A DNA stretch of 64,000 nt, from NCBI GenBank assembly GCA_011087645.1, contig JAALLF010000009.1:51348-115347 (forward strand), in the 5' to 3' direction. The notes under the pieces were generated by a model, which was given only the letters and a program-made list of their open reading frames with translations, was not told the origin of the DNA and did not search any database. Source of the stretch: Alphaproteobacteria bacterium. GTDB lineage: Bacteria; Pseudomonadota; Alphaproteobacteria; UBA6615. Of the stretch, positions 45,444 to 55,141 are shown one piece after another. Position 1 is the first letter of the stretch; every line of letters starts with the position of its first letter. The translations under genes were made by a program, and so were the position numbers.

Positions 45444-47765
45444 CTAGCCCGACAACGGGCCGAACGACGGCGGCGAGACCCGGCGCTGGGACGCCGCCTC
45501 ATAGGCCGACGCGACCTTCAACAACACGTCCTCCTTGCCCGGCTCAGCCCGGAAGACCAACGAGAACGGCAGACCGGGAGCCACCGCCGGGGTCGGCGTA
45601 TGGGACGGCGCGGAGACATATTTCGTGCCGTCTTCGCTCAGCGCGAACACCGGATCGTAGGCGGTGTCGACATAACCGGCCGGGATCAGCACTTCGGTCA
45701 AACCGGCATTCGGCCCGTTGAAAGTCTCCGGACGCAAGTTATGGACAATGTCATATTGCGGCGGCCCGCCGATGATCCCTGGTGGCCACGGCGTGTGCAG
45801 GCGCACCAGCCCATCCAAATGGTTCTCCAGGATCACCATCATGTCGACCCGGCGCAGCAATTCGCGCAACATGATGCGTTCGTTGACGCCTTGGCGGTGA
45901 CCGTGGGGATTGCGCGGATCAGCCACCTCTTCCCAGTTTTTGAACGAGGCGCGCTGGTCGTCACCCCAGAATTTCGAACGCTCGTTGAGAGCGGTGAAAT
46001 CGGTCAAGGTTTCGGTGTAGCCCCGCTCGGCCCAGTCCGCCGCCCGCCGCGACAGATATTGCGGAATGTGGAAGCGGAACGCCATCGCCATTTCCTGGTG
46101 CTGGATGGTGCCGATATCCAAATTCGACGGCGGCTCGATCCGCCCGTCGGCCATCTCGATCATATAGTCGATGGGCGACATGTCGCCGGAGCCAAAGGTT
46201 TGGCCAGGCATGAACTCAGTGGGAACAATCGCCGCCGCGAAGTCTTTGAAGATCGGCTGCCCATCGCCGCCCAGCCGGAACATCAGATCGGGCATAAAGA
46301 CCGGGATCAGCCGCGCCAGCGCGGTGCGGAAATCGACCGTCATCGCTTCGATTTCCGGGTCCGGCTGCCAGAGCGGATCAGACGATTCCACCAAGGTCGC
46401 GCCGAGATGACCGCCCAAGACCGTTTTTATTTCTTGCACCGCCGCCGCGCAGATCGGCTCCTCAGTCTTCGAATCCGGCGGATAGATCATCGATTCCCGG
46501 ATGACCCCCAGCCGCATGCCGGTCAACGCGCCGGGGTTGCCGTCCATCTTGATGTGGCTGGCATAGGGCGTATCCAACACCGACGAGCGCGGCACGGTGG
46601 TATAGGGATCGCGCGGGTCGTAGTAGCCCTCTTCCGGGTCTTTCAAGGCATCGAGAATTGTCGCGCAGTCGGCGATCGAGCGGCAATGAATGCCGCTGCG
46701 GTCGCAATATATGTCCGCGCCAATGGCGCCACCGTCAAAACCAAGCATCGATTTGTGGGGCAGGATCAGCGCCACCGAGTTGTGGTTCGACGGCCCGCGG
46801 CACGAGGCTCTGGTCTCCTCGCCCAGGCTCGCCATCACCAGATTGGTGCTGACCGAAACCGCCGAGCCCGAGCTTGAGCCCAGCGAGGCGGCGCGAGTGG
46901 TGTCGTAAGAGTTCGACGGATTGCCGCCCCAGGTGCTGCGTTGGAACCCTAATGTCGAGGGCAGTACCTTGTCGGGATTGTGCCGGCCGCCGCCGGGGTC
47001 GCCCGCGCGGCCGTTATATTCGGTGTTCACCGCCTTGGCGTAGATGATCGCGCCCTTATTGCGCAGCTGCTCGATCAAAACATGATCGCGAGACGGAAAA
47101 TCGATGTCATAGGCCGCGTCACCGCCGCCGGTCGAGCGCATGTCCTTTGTGTCGAACGGGTCCTTGAACGAGAACACCACGCCATACATGGGCATGGCTT
47201 CAAGGTCGGGATTGGCGCCGAATTCAGCGTCCAGCTCGGCGGCGCGTTCCAGCGCGTCGGGTTGCTGGCGGAACATCTCGCAGACCGGCGGCGCGCCGGC
47301 GGGCAGCGGGCCTTCTGACGGATGCCGGTCGAAATCGCCGCGGCAGGTCACCGACCGCTCGCCGCGAATATTGAGGGTCGCCAGAGCGTTGACCTGCCCC
47401 GCATCGGGGATGCCGGCGATCATACCGAACTGCTGCTGCACCTCGGGGTCCGAGGCGGTCGCCTCCATGCGGCCGAATTCCAGCGGCGGCCCCTTATACT
47501 TGTCGAGATCGGGCAGCACGTCGGCAACGGCGATGGTTTCGGTGGGAAAGCGCAGCGGCGACTGGGCCCGCACCGCGCCGGTCGCTTCGGGTACCGGCGC
47601 GCCATCTTGCGTGACCAGCATGCTGGCGACACCGTTATAGGCCCGCGCCCGCGCGATATAGGTTTCGACAATCTCGACGCAGGTCGTCTCGCCCGCTTTG
47701 ATCGCCGCCTGCATTTCGTCGATGGTCGCTTCCTCGAGACGAAATGGCGTGTCTTGCCCACTCAT
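45444..47765 (-). CDS. large (773 aa) amidase-signature family protein
   Basis: N-terminal amidase helix (EATIDEMQAAIKAGETTCVEIVETYIARARAYN), a catalytic-Lys context (FSFKDPFDTKD), and the Ser-rich signature LGSSSGSAVSVS. Confidence 0.8.
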   Translation of the reverse strand: MSGQDTPFRLEEATIDEMQAAIKAGETTCVEIVETYIARARAYNGVASMLVTQDGAPVPEATGAVRAQSPLRFPTETIAVADVLPDLDKYKGPPLEFGRMEATASDPEVQQQFGMIAGIPDAGQVNALATLNIRGERSVTCRGDFDRHPSEGPLPAGAPPVCEMFRQQPDALERAAELDAEFGANPDLEAMPMYGVVFSFKDPFDTKDMRSTGGGDAAYDIDFPSRDHVLIEQLRNKGAIIYAKAVNTEYNGRAGDPGGGRHNPDKVLPSTLGFQRSTWGGNPSNSYDTTRAASLGSSSGSAVSVSTNLVMASLGEETRASCRGPSNHNSVALILPHKSMLGFDGGAIGADIYCDRSGIHCRSIADCATILDALKDPEEGYYDPRDPYTTVPRSSVLDTPYASHIKMDGNPGALTGMRLGVIRESMIYPPDSKTEEPICAAAVQEIKTVLGGHLGATLVESSDPLWQPDPEIEAMTVDFRTALARLIPVFMPDLMFRLGGDGQPIFKDFAAAIVPTEFMPGQTFGSGDMSPIDYMIEMADGRIEPPSNLDIGTIQHQEMAMAFRFHIPQYLSRRAADWAERGYTETLTDFTALNERSKFWGDDQRASFKNWEEVADPRNPHGHRQGVNERIMLRELLRRVDMMVILENHLDGLVRLHTPWPPGIIGGPPQYDIVHNLRPETFNGPNAGLTEVLIPAGYVDTAYDPVFALSEDGTKYVSAPSHTPTPAVAPGLPFSLVFRAEPGKEDVLLKVASAYEAASQRRVSPPSFGPLSG

Positions 47766-47813
47766 GATGCTCTCCCCCTTTATTATCTTTTTACGGCCCC
47801 TCGACCGCGCCGG

Positions 47814-49013
47814 CTAACCTGGTTGCGCCTCCCTACGTTGTACACTGCTCGACCACAGATAAAACACCGCAAAAGCCCCGATCGCCACGACGGAGGGGAA
47901 CGACAGGCTAACGCCCACTGCCGGCGATAGTAATTGCAGAAGCCCAACAGCCCAAACGACGAATATGAGATCGGCGTTCAATCGGCCCAGCCGGCTCAAC
48001 AGCACGATGAAGGCGATGACGACGATGCCGCTATCGTAAAACAGGGTATGGGGCGAAATGAGCACGATGGCGAGGCTCGCCAGGGCCATTTGCGCGTTGA
48101 AGTCGGCGGTGCGCCCGCCGCGGTACCAAACCCAGCTTATGGCAAGAATAGTCGCCACCGCGAGACCCCAGCCGAGCGTGAGGGCAACGGGGTTCCCGGC
48201 GCCGATGACCGCTTGGACAAATCCCCGCCACGACACCAGTTCGGCGAAATTGAAGCGCAAGTCGAGGCCGGAGAAAGTGCCGATGATATTGAACCAATCG
48301 ACAAACCAGGCCGGCCCCAGTAACGCGGTGTTCACGCCGTATAAAACCAGGCCGGTGGCGCCGGCGCTGACCCACACCCGCCAGCGACCCGACAGGAAGA
48401 ACAGCCCGGCCAGAGGAATGGCGAATTGGGGTTTGAACAGAAGCAGGCCCAAGTAAATGCCGGCCTGGTAATGCTTGTTGTGCAGCACCCGGTGCCAACA
48501 CGCGACAATAAGAAGAATCGTCAGCGCGGTGTTCTGGCCGCCGATCACCGAGCGGAAAATCGGATAGGCGGTAAAGGTCAAAAAGAACAGCAGATAAGGG
48601 CTGGCGATCAACGTGGGATAGATCTGCTGGATCAGGACGGCGGCCAACGCCAGCGCCGCGACCATCGCCAGGGTATGGACGGCGTAGGAAAGCCGGAACG
48701 GCAATTGCGACAGGGGCACATAGGCCAGCGCAAAATGCGGCGGATAGGCGAAGGGCAGCACGCCGGTCTCCTCGCCCACCACATGGCTCTGATAGGCGCG
48801 TTGCTGGCGCAGCGAATACAGAGTTTCGGCTTGGCCGTCGGCGATAATCTGACCCGCGGTGTAGAAGGCCGGATAGTCGCCGCCGACGCGTCCCCCCAGC
48901 GTCGTCGTGCCGGACCCGGACAGCAGTATCACCAGGAACGCCCCCGCCAGCGCCAGCAAGGCGCCGCGCGAGTACAGTTTCACGCGCCACGGGGTGAGAA
49001 GGGTCTCAAGCAT
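47814..49013 (-). CDS. GT87/DUF2029 family GT-C glycosyltransferase (polyprenyl-phosphate-sugar dependent)
   Basis: About 10 TM helices, with GGDYPAFYTAGQII...LYS...FAYPPHFALAYVPL, the DUF2029 first-loop pattern. Confidence 0.65.
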   Translation of the reverse strand: MLETLLTPWRVKLYSRGALLALAGAFLVILLSGSGTTTLGGRVGGDYPAFYTAGQIIADGQAETLYSLRQQRAYQSHVVGEETGVLPFAYPPHFALAYVPLSQLPFRLSYAVHTLAMVAALALAAVLIQQIYPTLIASPYLLFFLTFTAYPIFRSVIGGQNTALTILLIVACWHRVLHNKHYQAGIYLGLLLFKPQFAIPLAGLFFLSGRWRVWVSAGATGLVLYGVNTALLGPAWFVDWFNIIGTFSGLDLRFNFAELVSWRGFVQAVIGAGNPVALTLGWGLAVATILAISWVWYRGGRTADFNAQMALASLAIVLISPHTLFYDSGIVVIAFIVLLSRLGRLNADLIFVVWAVGLLQLLSPAVGVSLSFPSVVAIGAFAVFYLWSSSVQRREAQPG

Positions 49014-49018
49014 AGGGG

Positions 49019-49759
49019 CTACAAGTTCGTTTTATGAAACACGAAGGCCGGCACGTTGCGGATAATCACCATGATGTAGCGCCAGAACCAAGGCGAATAA
49101 ACGACCGGTCGCCCCTTTTCGATAGCCCGCGCAATGTCGCCGCCGACTTTGTCCGGCGACGCCCATAGAGCGCCTTTGTCGAAGTCCGCGGTCATCGGCG
49201 TATCGACAAAGCCAGGGCGAATATCGATCACCTTCACATCTGTCGCCGCAAGGCGGTGGCGCAACCCATCGAGGAAGGTGCTGACCGCGCGCTTGGCCGT
49301 GCCGTACACATAATTGCTCTTACGTCCCCGGTCACCGGCCACGGAGGTGATGACGGCGATGGTTCCGCTACCCTGCTGCTCCAAACGCTCGGCCAATAAG
49401 GTCAGTAGACCGATATGGCTCAACCCGTTGACCTCCAGCGCCGCCAGGGTCTGCGCGGCATCGCCTTGGCAGGCCTGCTGATCGGGCAGCGTGCCGTGGG
49501 CCAACAACGCCACATCGACTTTGTCGAACGCGCCATACAGCGCCTCGACCGAGGCTAGCATTTCGGACGGCACGGCCAGGTCGCTGGCGAATATATGAAC
49601 CTCTTGGGCGCCACGTACTTTTAGGTCGGCGGCGACCTGGTCGAGCTTGGCGCTGTCGCGGCCGACCAGAAAAAACCGTCCGCCGGACGGCGCCAGGTGG
49701 CGTGCGGTGGCTTCGGCAATCGCCGAATAGGCGCCAAAGATGACAATATTTTCCATCAA
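49019..49759 (-). CDS. DprE2-like SDR (polyprenylphospho-2-keto-pentofuranose reductase)
   Basis: YVYGTAKRA (YxxxK). The C-terminus VYSPWFWRYIMVIIRNVPAFVFHKTNL parallels the mycobacterial DprE2 tail. It overlaps the upstream DprE1-like gene by 4 nt. Confidence 0.75.
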   Translation of the reverse strand: MMENIVIFGAYSAIAEATARHLAPSGGRFFLVGRDSAKLDQVAADLKVRGAQEVHIFASDLAVPSEMLASVEALYGAFDKVDVALLAHGTLPDQQACQGDAAQTLAALEVNGLSHIGLLTLLAERLEQQGSGTIAVITSVAGDRGRKSNYVYGTAKRAVSTFLDGLRHRLAATDVKVIDIRPGFVDTPMTADFDKGALWASPDKVGGDIARAIEKGRPVVYSPWFWRYIMVIIRNVPAFVFHKTNL

Positions 49760-51090
49760 CTATTATCCTGACTATTGGCCCCGTTCACGCGCCGCCAAAA
49801 GGACGACGAGAAGGCCGGATCGGTCCACTTCGCGAATTCTTCCAATCGGGGAAAGGCTTGGCGAAACATCTGCGGCGACATACGCGCATCTTTGGCCGGG
49901 TAGACCGCGCCGCCGCAAGCCCCGGTGATCGCGTCGAGCTGATCCAACAGGCCGCGAACTTTGTCGCCCGTGTTGGGAAAATCCAACGCCAGCGTCACAC
50001 CGGGCCGTGGAAATGACATTAATCCCGGTGACGGCCGGTCGCCGAATATCTTGAGCACCGCCAGGAACGACCCCATCCCCGCCGCCGCTATTTTTCGCAG
50101 AATTTCGGTCATGCCGGCGTCACCTTCGGCCAGCGGCAGGACACATTGATATTGGAAGAAACCCTTGGGACCGTACATACGGTTCCAGTCGCCGATCGCG
50201 TCGAGGGGATAAAAGAACGGCCGGTAATGAACTTGAGCAGCGGCCTCGTCTTCGCGTTGTTTTCGAAAATAGAGCGCATTGAAGGCGCGCAAGCTCACCT
50301 GGTTGATCAGCGATAGCGGCGGCGCAAAAGGCACCGAAAGGCCGTCGCGCGGCGTCTTGGGTTCGCCGCGCGCGATCTCCGTCGCATGGTTGCCGCGCAT
50401 GAACAGGCCCCGGCCCAAAGAGACATCTTTCGCCAGACAATCGATCCAGGCAACGGTGTATTCGAACCCATCGTCGGAGGCTTCCGACAGGCGAAAGAAC
50501 TCGGTCAAATTATGGAAGCGGATAATTTCCTGGTCGATATAGGCGTTGGCGATCGGTTTGAGTTGCAGCTCCGCCCAGGTCACCATCCCGGTCAGACCGA
50601 GGCCGCCGATGGTGGCGTGAAAATAATCACGGTTCTCCTGGGGCGCGCAAAACAGACGCGCGCCGTCGGATCGCAACAGTTCAAAGCTTCGCAGATGGGA
50701 CCCGAAGGTGCCGGCCCGGTGGTGGTTCTTGCCATGGATATCGTTGGCGATAGCGCCGCCCACAGTCACTAGACGAGTCCCCGGGCTGACCGGCAGAAAC
50801 CAGCCGCGCGGCACGACGACATCGAGAATGTCGGCCAGCAGCACCCCAGCTTCGCAGCGCAGCACCCCGCTATCGGCATCGAAGGCGATAAAACGGTCGA
50901 GGTGGCGGCAATCGATCAACACGCCGCCGGTGTTCAGACATGAATCGCCATAGCTGCGCCCGTTGCCGTAGGGCAGCATGGTTTGACCGGCTTCGATCTG
51001 CGGCAGCGCCGATGTGCGGTCATCGAACCGCACACCCGATTGCGGGCCGAAATCGATCCGGCCCCAGGATTGATACGGACCGCCGCTCAC
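49756..51090 (-). CDS. DprE1-like FAD-dependent oxidase
   Basis: SWGR...LPYGNGRSYGDSCLN and an FAD-binding PCMH-type N-terminal domain. I propose the GTG at 51090, which overlaps the upstream stop (GTGA). Confidence 0.75.
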   Translation of the reverse strand: MSGGPYQSWGRIDFGPQSGVRFDDRTSALPQIEAGQTMLPYGNGRSYGDSCLNTGGVLIDCRHLDRFIAFDADSGVLRCEAGVLLADILDVVVPRGWFLPVSPGTRLVTVGGAIANDIHGKNHHRAGTFGSHLRSFELLRSDGARLFCAPQENRDYFHATIGGLGLTGMVTWAELQLKPIANAYIDQEIIRFHNLTEFFRLSEASDDGFEYTVAWIDCLAKDVSLGRGLFMRGNHATEIARGEPKTPRDGLSVPFAPPLSLINQVSLRAFNALYFRKQREDEAAAQVHYRPFFYPLDAIGDWNRMYGPKGFFQYQCVLPLAEGDAGMTEILRKIAAAGMGSFLAVLKIFGDRPSPGLMSFPRPGVTLALDFPNTGDKVRGLLDQLDAITGACGGAVYPAKDARMSPQMFRQAFPRLEEFAKWTDPAFSSSFWRRVNGANSQDNS

Positions 51091-52602
51091 AGCCAAACGG
51101 CCAGCGCGACCGGAATCAAGGCAATAACGAAGGCCGCCCGCGACGCCCAATCCCGCATCGCGAATACGATCGGATCGTCGGTCAAGACGCCGCGCTGCGC
51201 CGCCAGCCAAATATGGGCGATCCAATACAACAGCACCGGGCACACGGCCCACAGAAACTCCGGCGTGGCGTACAGATCCGGCGTCGTGAGATTGTTGACA
51301 TAGAGCGCCAAGGTGACGATCGAGGCCACACCGGACGCGGTGCCCAGCGCCATCAAGACGCTCTGATCGCCGGACCGATAGCCGCGCCCTTCCACATCGC
51401 TCTCGCCGCGTTTGAACACGTCACTGACTTCGGCATAGCGCTTGGCGAAGGCCAGGCTGGCAAACAGAAACATCGAAAAGGCGAGAAGCCATAGGGTCAA
51501 CGGCGTATCGGTCGCTGCCCCCCCCGGCAATAATGCGCAGCGTGTAGAGACTGGCCAGAACGATGATGTCGACCAAAGGCTGGCGCTTGATCCATAACGA
51601 ATAGGCGCCGGTGATAAGCAGATAGCCGATCAGCACCAGCCCAAATTCCGACCCGACGAAAAACGCGCCGGCCAACGAAACCAGCCCCAGCACACCCGCG
51701 GTGAATAGGCCCGGTAGCACGGCCAACCGGCCCGACGCGAAGGGCCGTTGTTTCTTGCGCGGATGGCGGCGGTCGGCCTCCAAATCCATCAGATCGTTAA
51801 CCAGATAGACCGAGGACGCGGCCAAACCGAAGCACAAAAAGGCGAGAACAGCCTGCACCAAGCTCAAGCCGCTAAATTGCTGCGCGGCCAGGATCGGAAT
51901 AAAGATGAGGATGTTTTTGACCCACTGATAGAGCCGGGCCGCCTCTGCAAGGCTGGTCAGAAAGCTCGCCTTTTCTGACAATATTTCAACATGTTCCTTG
52001 GCGCTCTTGACATCAGACGTCAAAGCAGACAACGCGTTTACCAGGACCGCGGTGCGCGCCGCCGACCAGACAATCTTGTCGACCGGCGCATTGGCCATAT
52101 AGTCGAAACCGCCGGCCCCAAAACGCTCGACCAATAAATCGCGCTTCGCCGCGCCGGAAATATTGTGATCCGCGGTGCTGGCGATCACCTCGTCGAACAG
52201 ACCCAGATGCGCGCCGATCGCTTGTGCGACAGCGACGTTCGATGCCGTTGCCAGCACGGTTCGCCGGCCCGCGGCCCGCGCCGCGCGGACATGTTCGAGC
52301 ACATCATCGTCATAGGGCAAGAGACCCACATCAACGGGCGCGTGGGTCGCTATTTCATGCTTGAAACGGGCTTTGCCCGCGCCCAGCCAGCCCGGCAGCC
52401 GCAGCACATCGAACGGGCGATTTTTAAGGAGTTCGACCACCCCTTCGTGCAGGGTGTCGGTGCGCGTCAAGGTGCCGTCCAAATCGACGACCAACGCGAT
52501 GTCTGGCGCGATGTCTGGCGCGACATCGGACGCCAAATCCGACGTCCCATCCGACACTGGGGAACCAGGTTCAGGCGCCCCCTCCTGCACTTCAATAGCC
52601 AT
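51087..52602 (-). pseudogene. HAD-phosphatase/UbiA-prenyltransferase fusion (DPPR-synthase-like), frameshifted in a G8 run
   Basis: HAD motif VVDLDGTLT and UbiA motif NDLMDLEAD. The reading frame breaks at the C8 (plus-strand) run 51518-51525. With 7 G's the protein reads ...LYTLRIIAGGAATDTPLTLWLLAFS... continuously. Confidence 0.8.
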
Positions 52603-52739
52603 GGACCTGATCTATCCCCGGCAAAATTAACATTGCCTTAAGCATAATCGCCGCAGCGCCAAAATAGTGTCTTATTTTGGGGTGGATTTCAGCGCCAATC
52701 TAGGGCGTTCGATCGAGCCGGATAGGGCGTCAGCAGCGT

Positions 52740-53465
52740 TTACGACCTTGGCGTTGCGAGAAAACAGAACTGCCCGGAATATTGCAGTTTAAGAAACGCG
52801 ATCATCGGCGGCGGTAGCATTACGACGGTCCCCAGCAGGCCGATCATCAGGTTCATCGGCGACAACTTGAAAAGGAAGTTCAGTAATCGGGGACCGCCAA
52901 CGAGCTGACGTGCAATCAGGGAGTAAGCGTCTATTCCTGGCCGGATCTCTAACAATTCGAGACCGGCGTCCGAAAAGACCCGGCTGAGACCGTAGGGTGT
53001 AAAATTGAAAATACTGTAGGAATGATAAGGCTCCAGATAGGAGACCTCGCCGATCAGCAGACCTCCTTTACGCAGGGTACGTCTAACATCGGGCATGAGT
53101 TTATCGGGGTGCCTGACATGCTCGAGAACCTGGTTGGTGTAGATCAGATCGAAGAACCCGTCTTCGTAGGGCAAGTCTATACCATCGAATGTGTCGAACT
53201 GGATATCTTCGCGTGTCCGGCTGTCGACCTCGGGAGATGACTCGATATCAACGCCATACCACGCCGCCGCAGGCAGCACGCGGTTAAAGAGCTCGATCGA
53301 CCGGCCGTCGCCACAGCCGAGATCAAGAATGTTATTTGCAACGCCAACTTGCTCGATAACCTCGCCGATCCAGGACTCGGCGGTTGTTTGCCGGCGGCCC
53401 CGTTCGGTGATGTAGGGTTTCAAGACTTGGTATGCGTTCTGCCGCTCGATGAATTTTCTCAGCAT
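52740..53465 (-). CDS. class I SAM-dependent methyltransferase
   Basis: Motif I ILDLGCGDGRS and post-I/II elements. GC content is visibly lower than in flanking genes. Confidence 0.8.
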   Translation of the reverse strand: MLRKFIERQNAYQVLKPYITERGRRQTTAESWIGEVIEQVGVANNILDLGCGDGRSIELFNRVLPAAAWYGVDIESSPEVDSRTREDIQFDTFDGIDLPYEDGFFDLIYTNQVLEHVRHPDKLMPDVRRTLRKGGLLIGEVSYLEPYHSYSIFNFTPYGLSRVFSDAGLELLEIRPGIDAYSLIARQLVGGPRLLNFLFKLSPMNLMIGLLGTVVMLPPPMIAFLKLQYSGQFCFLATPRS

Positions 53466-53642
53466 TTTCCAACTCCAACAGCCATTAGAAAAACGCTAAC
53501 ACGGCGGGTTTTCCGCTTTGCTAAAAAAGTGAAAGTGGTGAAATTATTCTGGCTACCAAAGACCCGGTCAGGTCTTTGTTGAGCCTTGGAAGCGGGATCT
53601 ACCGCCACCGATAGAGGGTAAAAGCCGTTCAAGTTTTTGCTG

Positions 53643-54965
53643 CTAAAAAAACTGGTTCTTAGGCCGCGGCAGGCCGAGATTTTCGCGTAGGGTCTTGCCC
53701 TCATATTCGGTCCGGAACAGCCCGCGCCGCTGCAGCTCGGGCACTACCCGGTCGCAGAAATCGTCGAGCCCGCCGGGCAGATGGGAGAACATAATGGTGA
53801 AGCCATCGCTGCCGCGCGTCTCCAGCCATTCGGCCATCTCATCGGCGATTGTCTCAGGCGTGCCGACCATCGCCGCGCCGGAATAGCCGCCGAGCCGCTG
53901 GGCCAGTTGGCGCACAGTCAGATTCTCCCGCTCGGCCATGGCGATGGCGCGGGCGCGACCGCTCTTGCTGGCGTTGCTTTCGGGGACTTCCGGCAAGGGC
54001 TCGTCGGGGTCGAATTTCGACGCGTCGTGGCCCAACGCAATCGACAGCGACGCGATGGCGCTGTCGGAATGCACCAGACTATCGAGCATCGCGCGTTTTT
54101 CCTTCGCCTCTTCCACGCTGTCGCCGATCACCACGAAACAGGCCGGCAGAATTTTAATATGGTCGGGGTTACGCCCCGCCTTTTCAGTGCGGCCCTTTAC
54201 ATCGGCGTAGAAGGCCTGGCCAGCCGCCAGATCGGAGTGCGAGGTGAACACCGCTTCGGCGGTCTCCGCCGCCAGTTGACGTCCGGCATCCGACGAACCG
54301 GCCTGCACGATCAAGGGCCAGCCCTGGACCGGGCGGGCGATATTGAGCGGGCCACGCACCGAGAAATATTTTCCCTTATGGTCGAGCACATGCATCTTTT
54401 CGGGATCGGAATAGATGCCGCTTTCCGGATCCTGCAGAAACGCATCCTCGTCCCAACTGTCCCACAGGCCGGTGACCACATCGTAGAATTCGCGCGCGCG
54501 GGCGTAGCGGTCGCCATGTTCCAGCGCGTCTTCCAGGCCGAAGTTTTTCGAAGCATCCGGATTCGAGGTGGTGACGATGTTCCAGCCGGCCCGACCGCCG
54601 CTGATATGGTCCAACGAGGCAAACCGGCGCGCCACATGATAGGGCTCGTCATAGGTGGTCGACCCGGTGGCAACCAGGCCGAGATGCTCGGTCACCGCGG
54701 CCAGGGCGGGTAGCAGGGTAAACGGCTCGAACGAGGTTGGGGTGGCGCTGCGCTTCAGCGCCTCTAGGGGCATGTTGAGGACGGCCAGGTGATCGGCCAT
54801 GAAAAACGCGTCGAACTTGGCCGCCTCCAGCTTTTGCGCGAAATGCTTGATATGCGCGAAATTGAAATTCGCGTCCGGATAGGCGCCGGGAAACCGCCAG
54901 CCGCCGGTGTGGATGGTCGCCGGCCGCATAAAGGCGCCGAGATGGAGCTGACGGGTCTCGCCCAT
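53643..54965 (-). CDS. LLM-class flavin-dependent monooxygenase (NtaA/SnaA/DszA family)
   Basis: LHLGAFMRPATIHTGGWRFPGA...FDAFFMADHLAV is the typical N-terminus of this family. About 440 aa. Confidence 0.85.
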   Translation of the reverse strand: MGETRQLHLGAFMRPATIHTGGWRFPGAYPDANFNFAHIKHFAQKLEAAKFDAFFMADHLAVLNMPLEALKRSATPTSFEPFTLLPALAAVTEHLGLVATGSTTYDEPYHVARRFASLDHISGGRAGWNIVTTSNPDASKNFGLEDALEHGDRYARAREFYDVVTGLWDSWDEDAFLQDPESGIYSDPEKMHVLDHKGKYFSVRGPLNIARPVQGWPLIVQAGSSDAGRQLAAETAEAVFTSHSDLAAGQAFYADVKGRTEKAGRNPDHIKILPACFVVIGDSVEEAKEKRAMLDSLVHSDSAIASLSIALGHDASKFDPDEPLPEVPESNASKSGRARAIAMAERENLTVRQLAQRLGGYSGAAMVGTPETIADEMAEWLETRGSDGFTIMFSHLPGGLDDFCDRVVPELQRRGLFRTEYEGKTLRENLGLPRPKNQFF

Positions 54966-55141
54966 GGGACACAAATCCTCTTAAAAACGCTTCGATAGGG
55001 GATCAAATAGGTCGCGATCGCCAACGACTCAATCCGACCGCCCAACAATAATTTTACGCGCTGTACCGCCCACCGGACAAGCTTGCCCCCGCGTTGCCGC
55101 ATAGCCTAGTTTGCTCGCACTCAAAGGGCGAGAAAACCGGC

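Noticed and set aside
45600-46877. 425-aa plus-strand ORF inside the 773-aa amidase gene
   Set aside because: It is a shadow ORF. The amidase signature and N-terminal helix are on the minus strand.
48031-48990. 319-aa alternative-frame ORF within the GT87 gene
   Set aside because: It is on the same strand but out of frame. It is extremely Arg/Pro/Gly-rich, whereas the 399-aa frame gives coherent TM helices and the DUF2029 motif.
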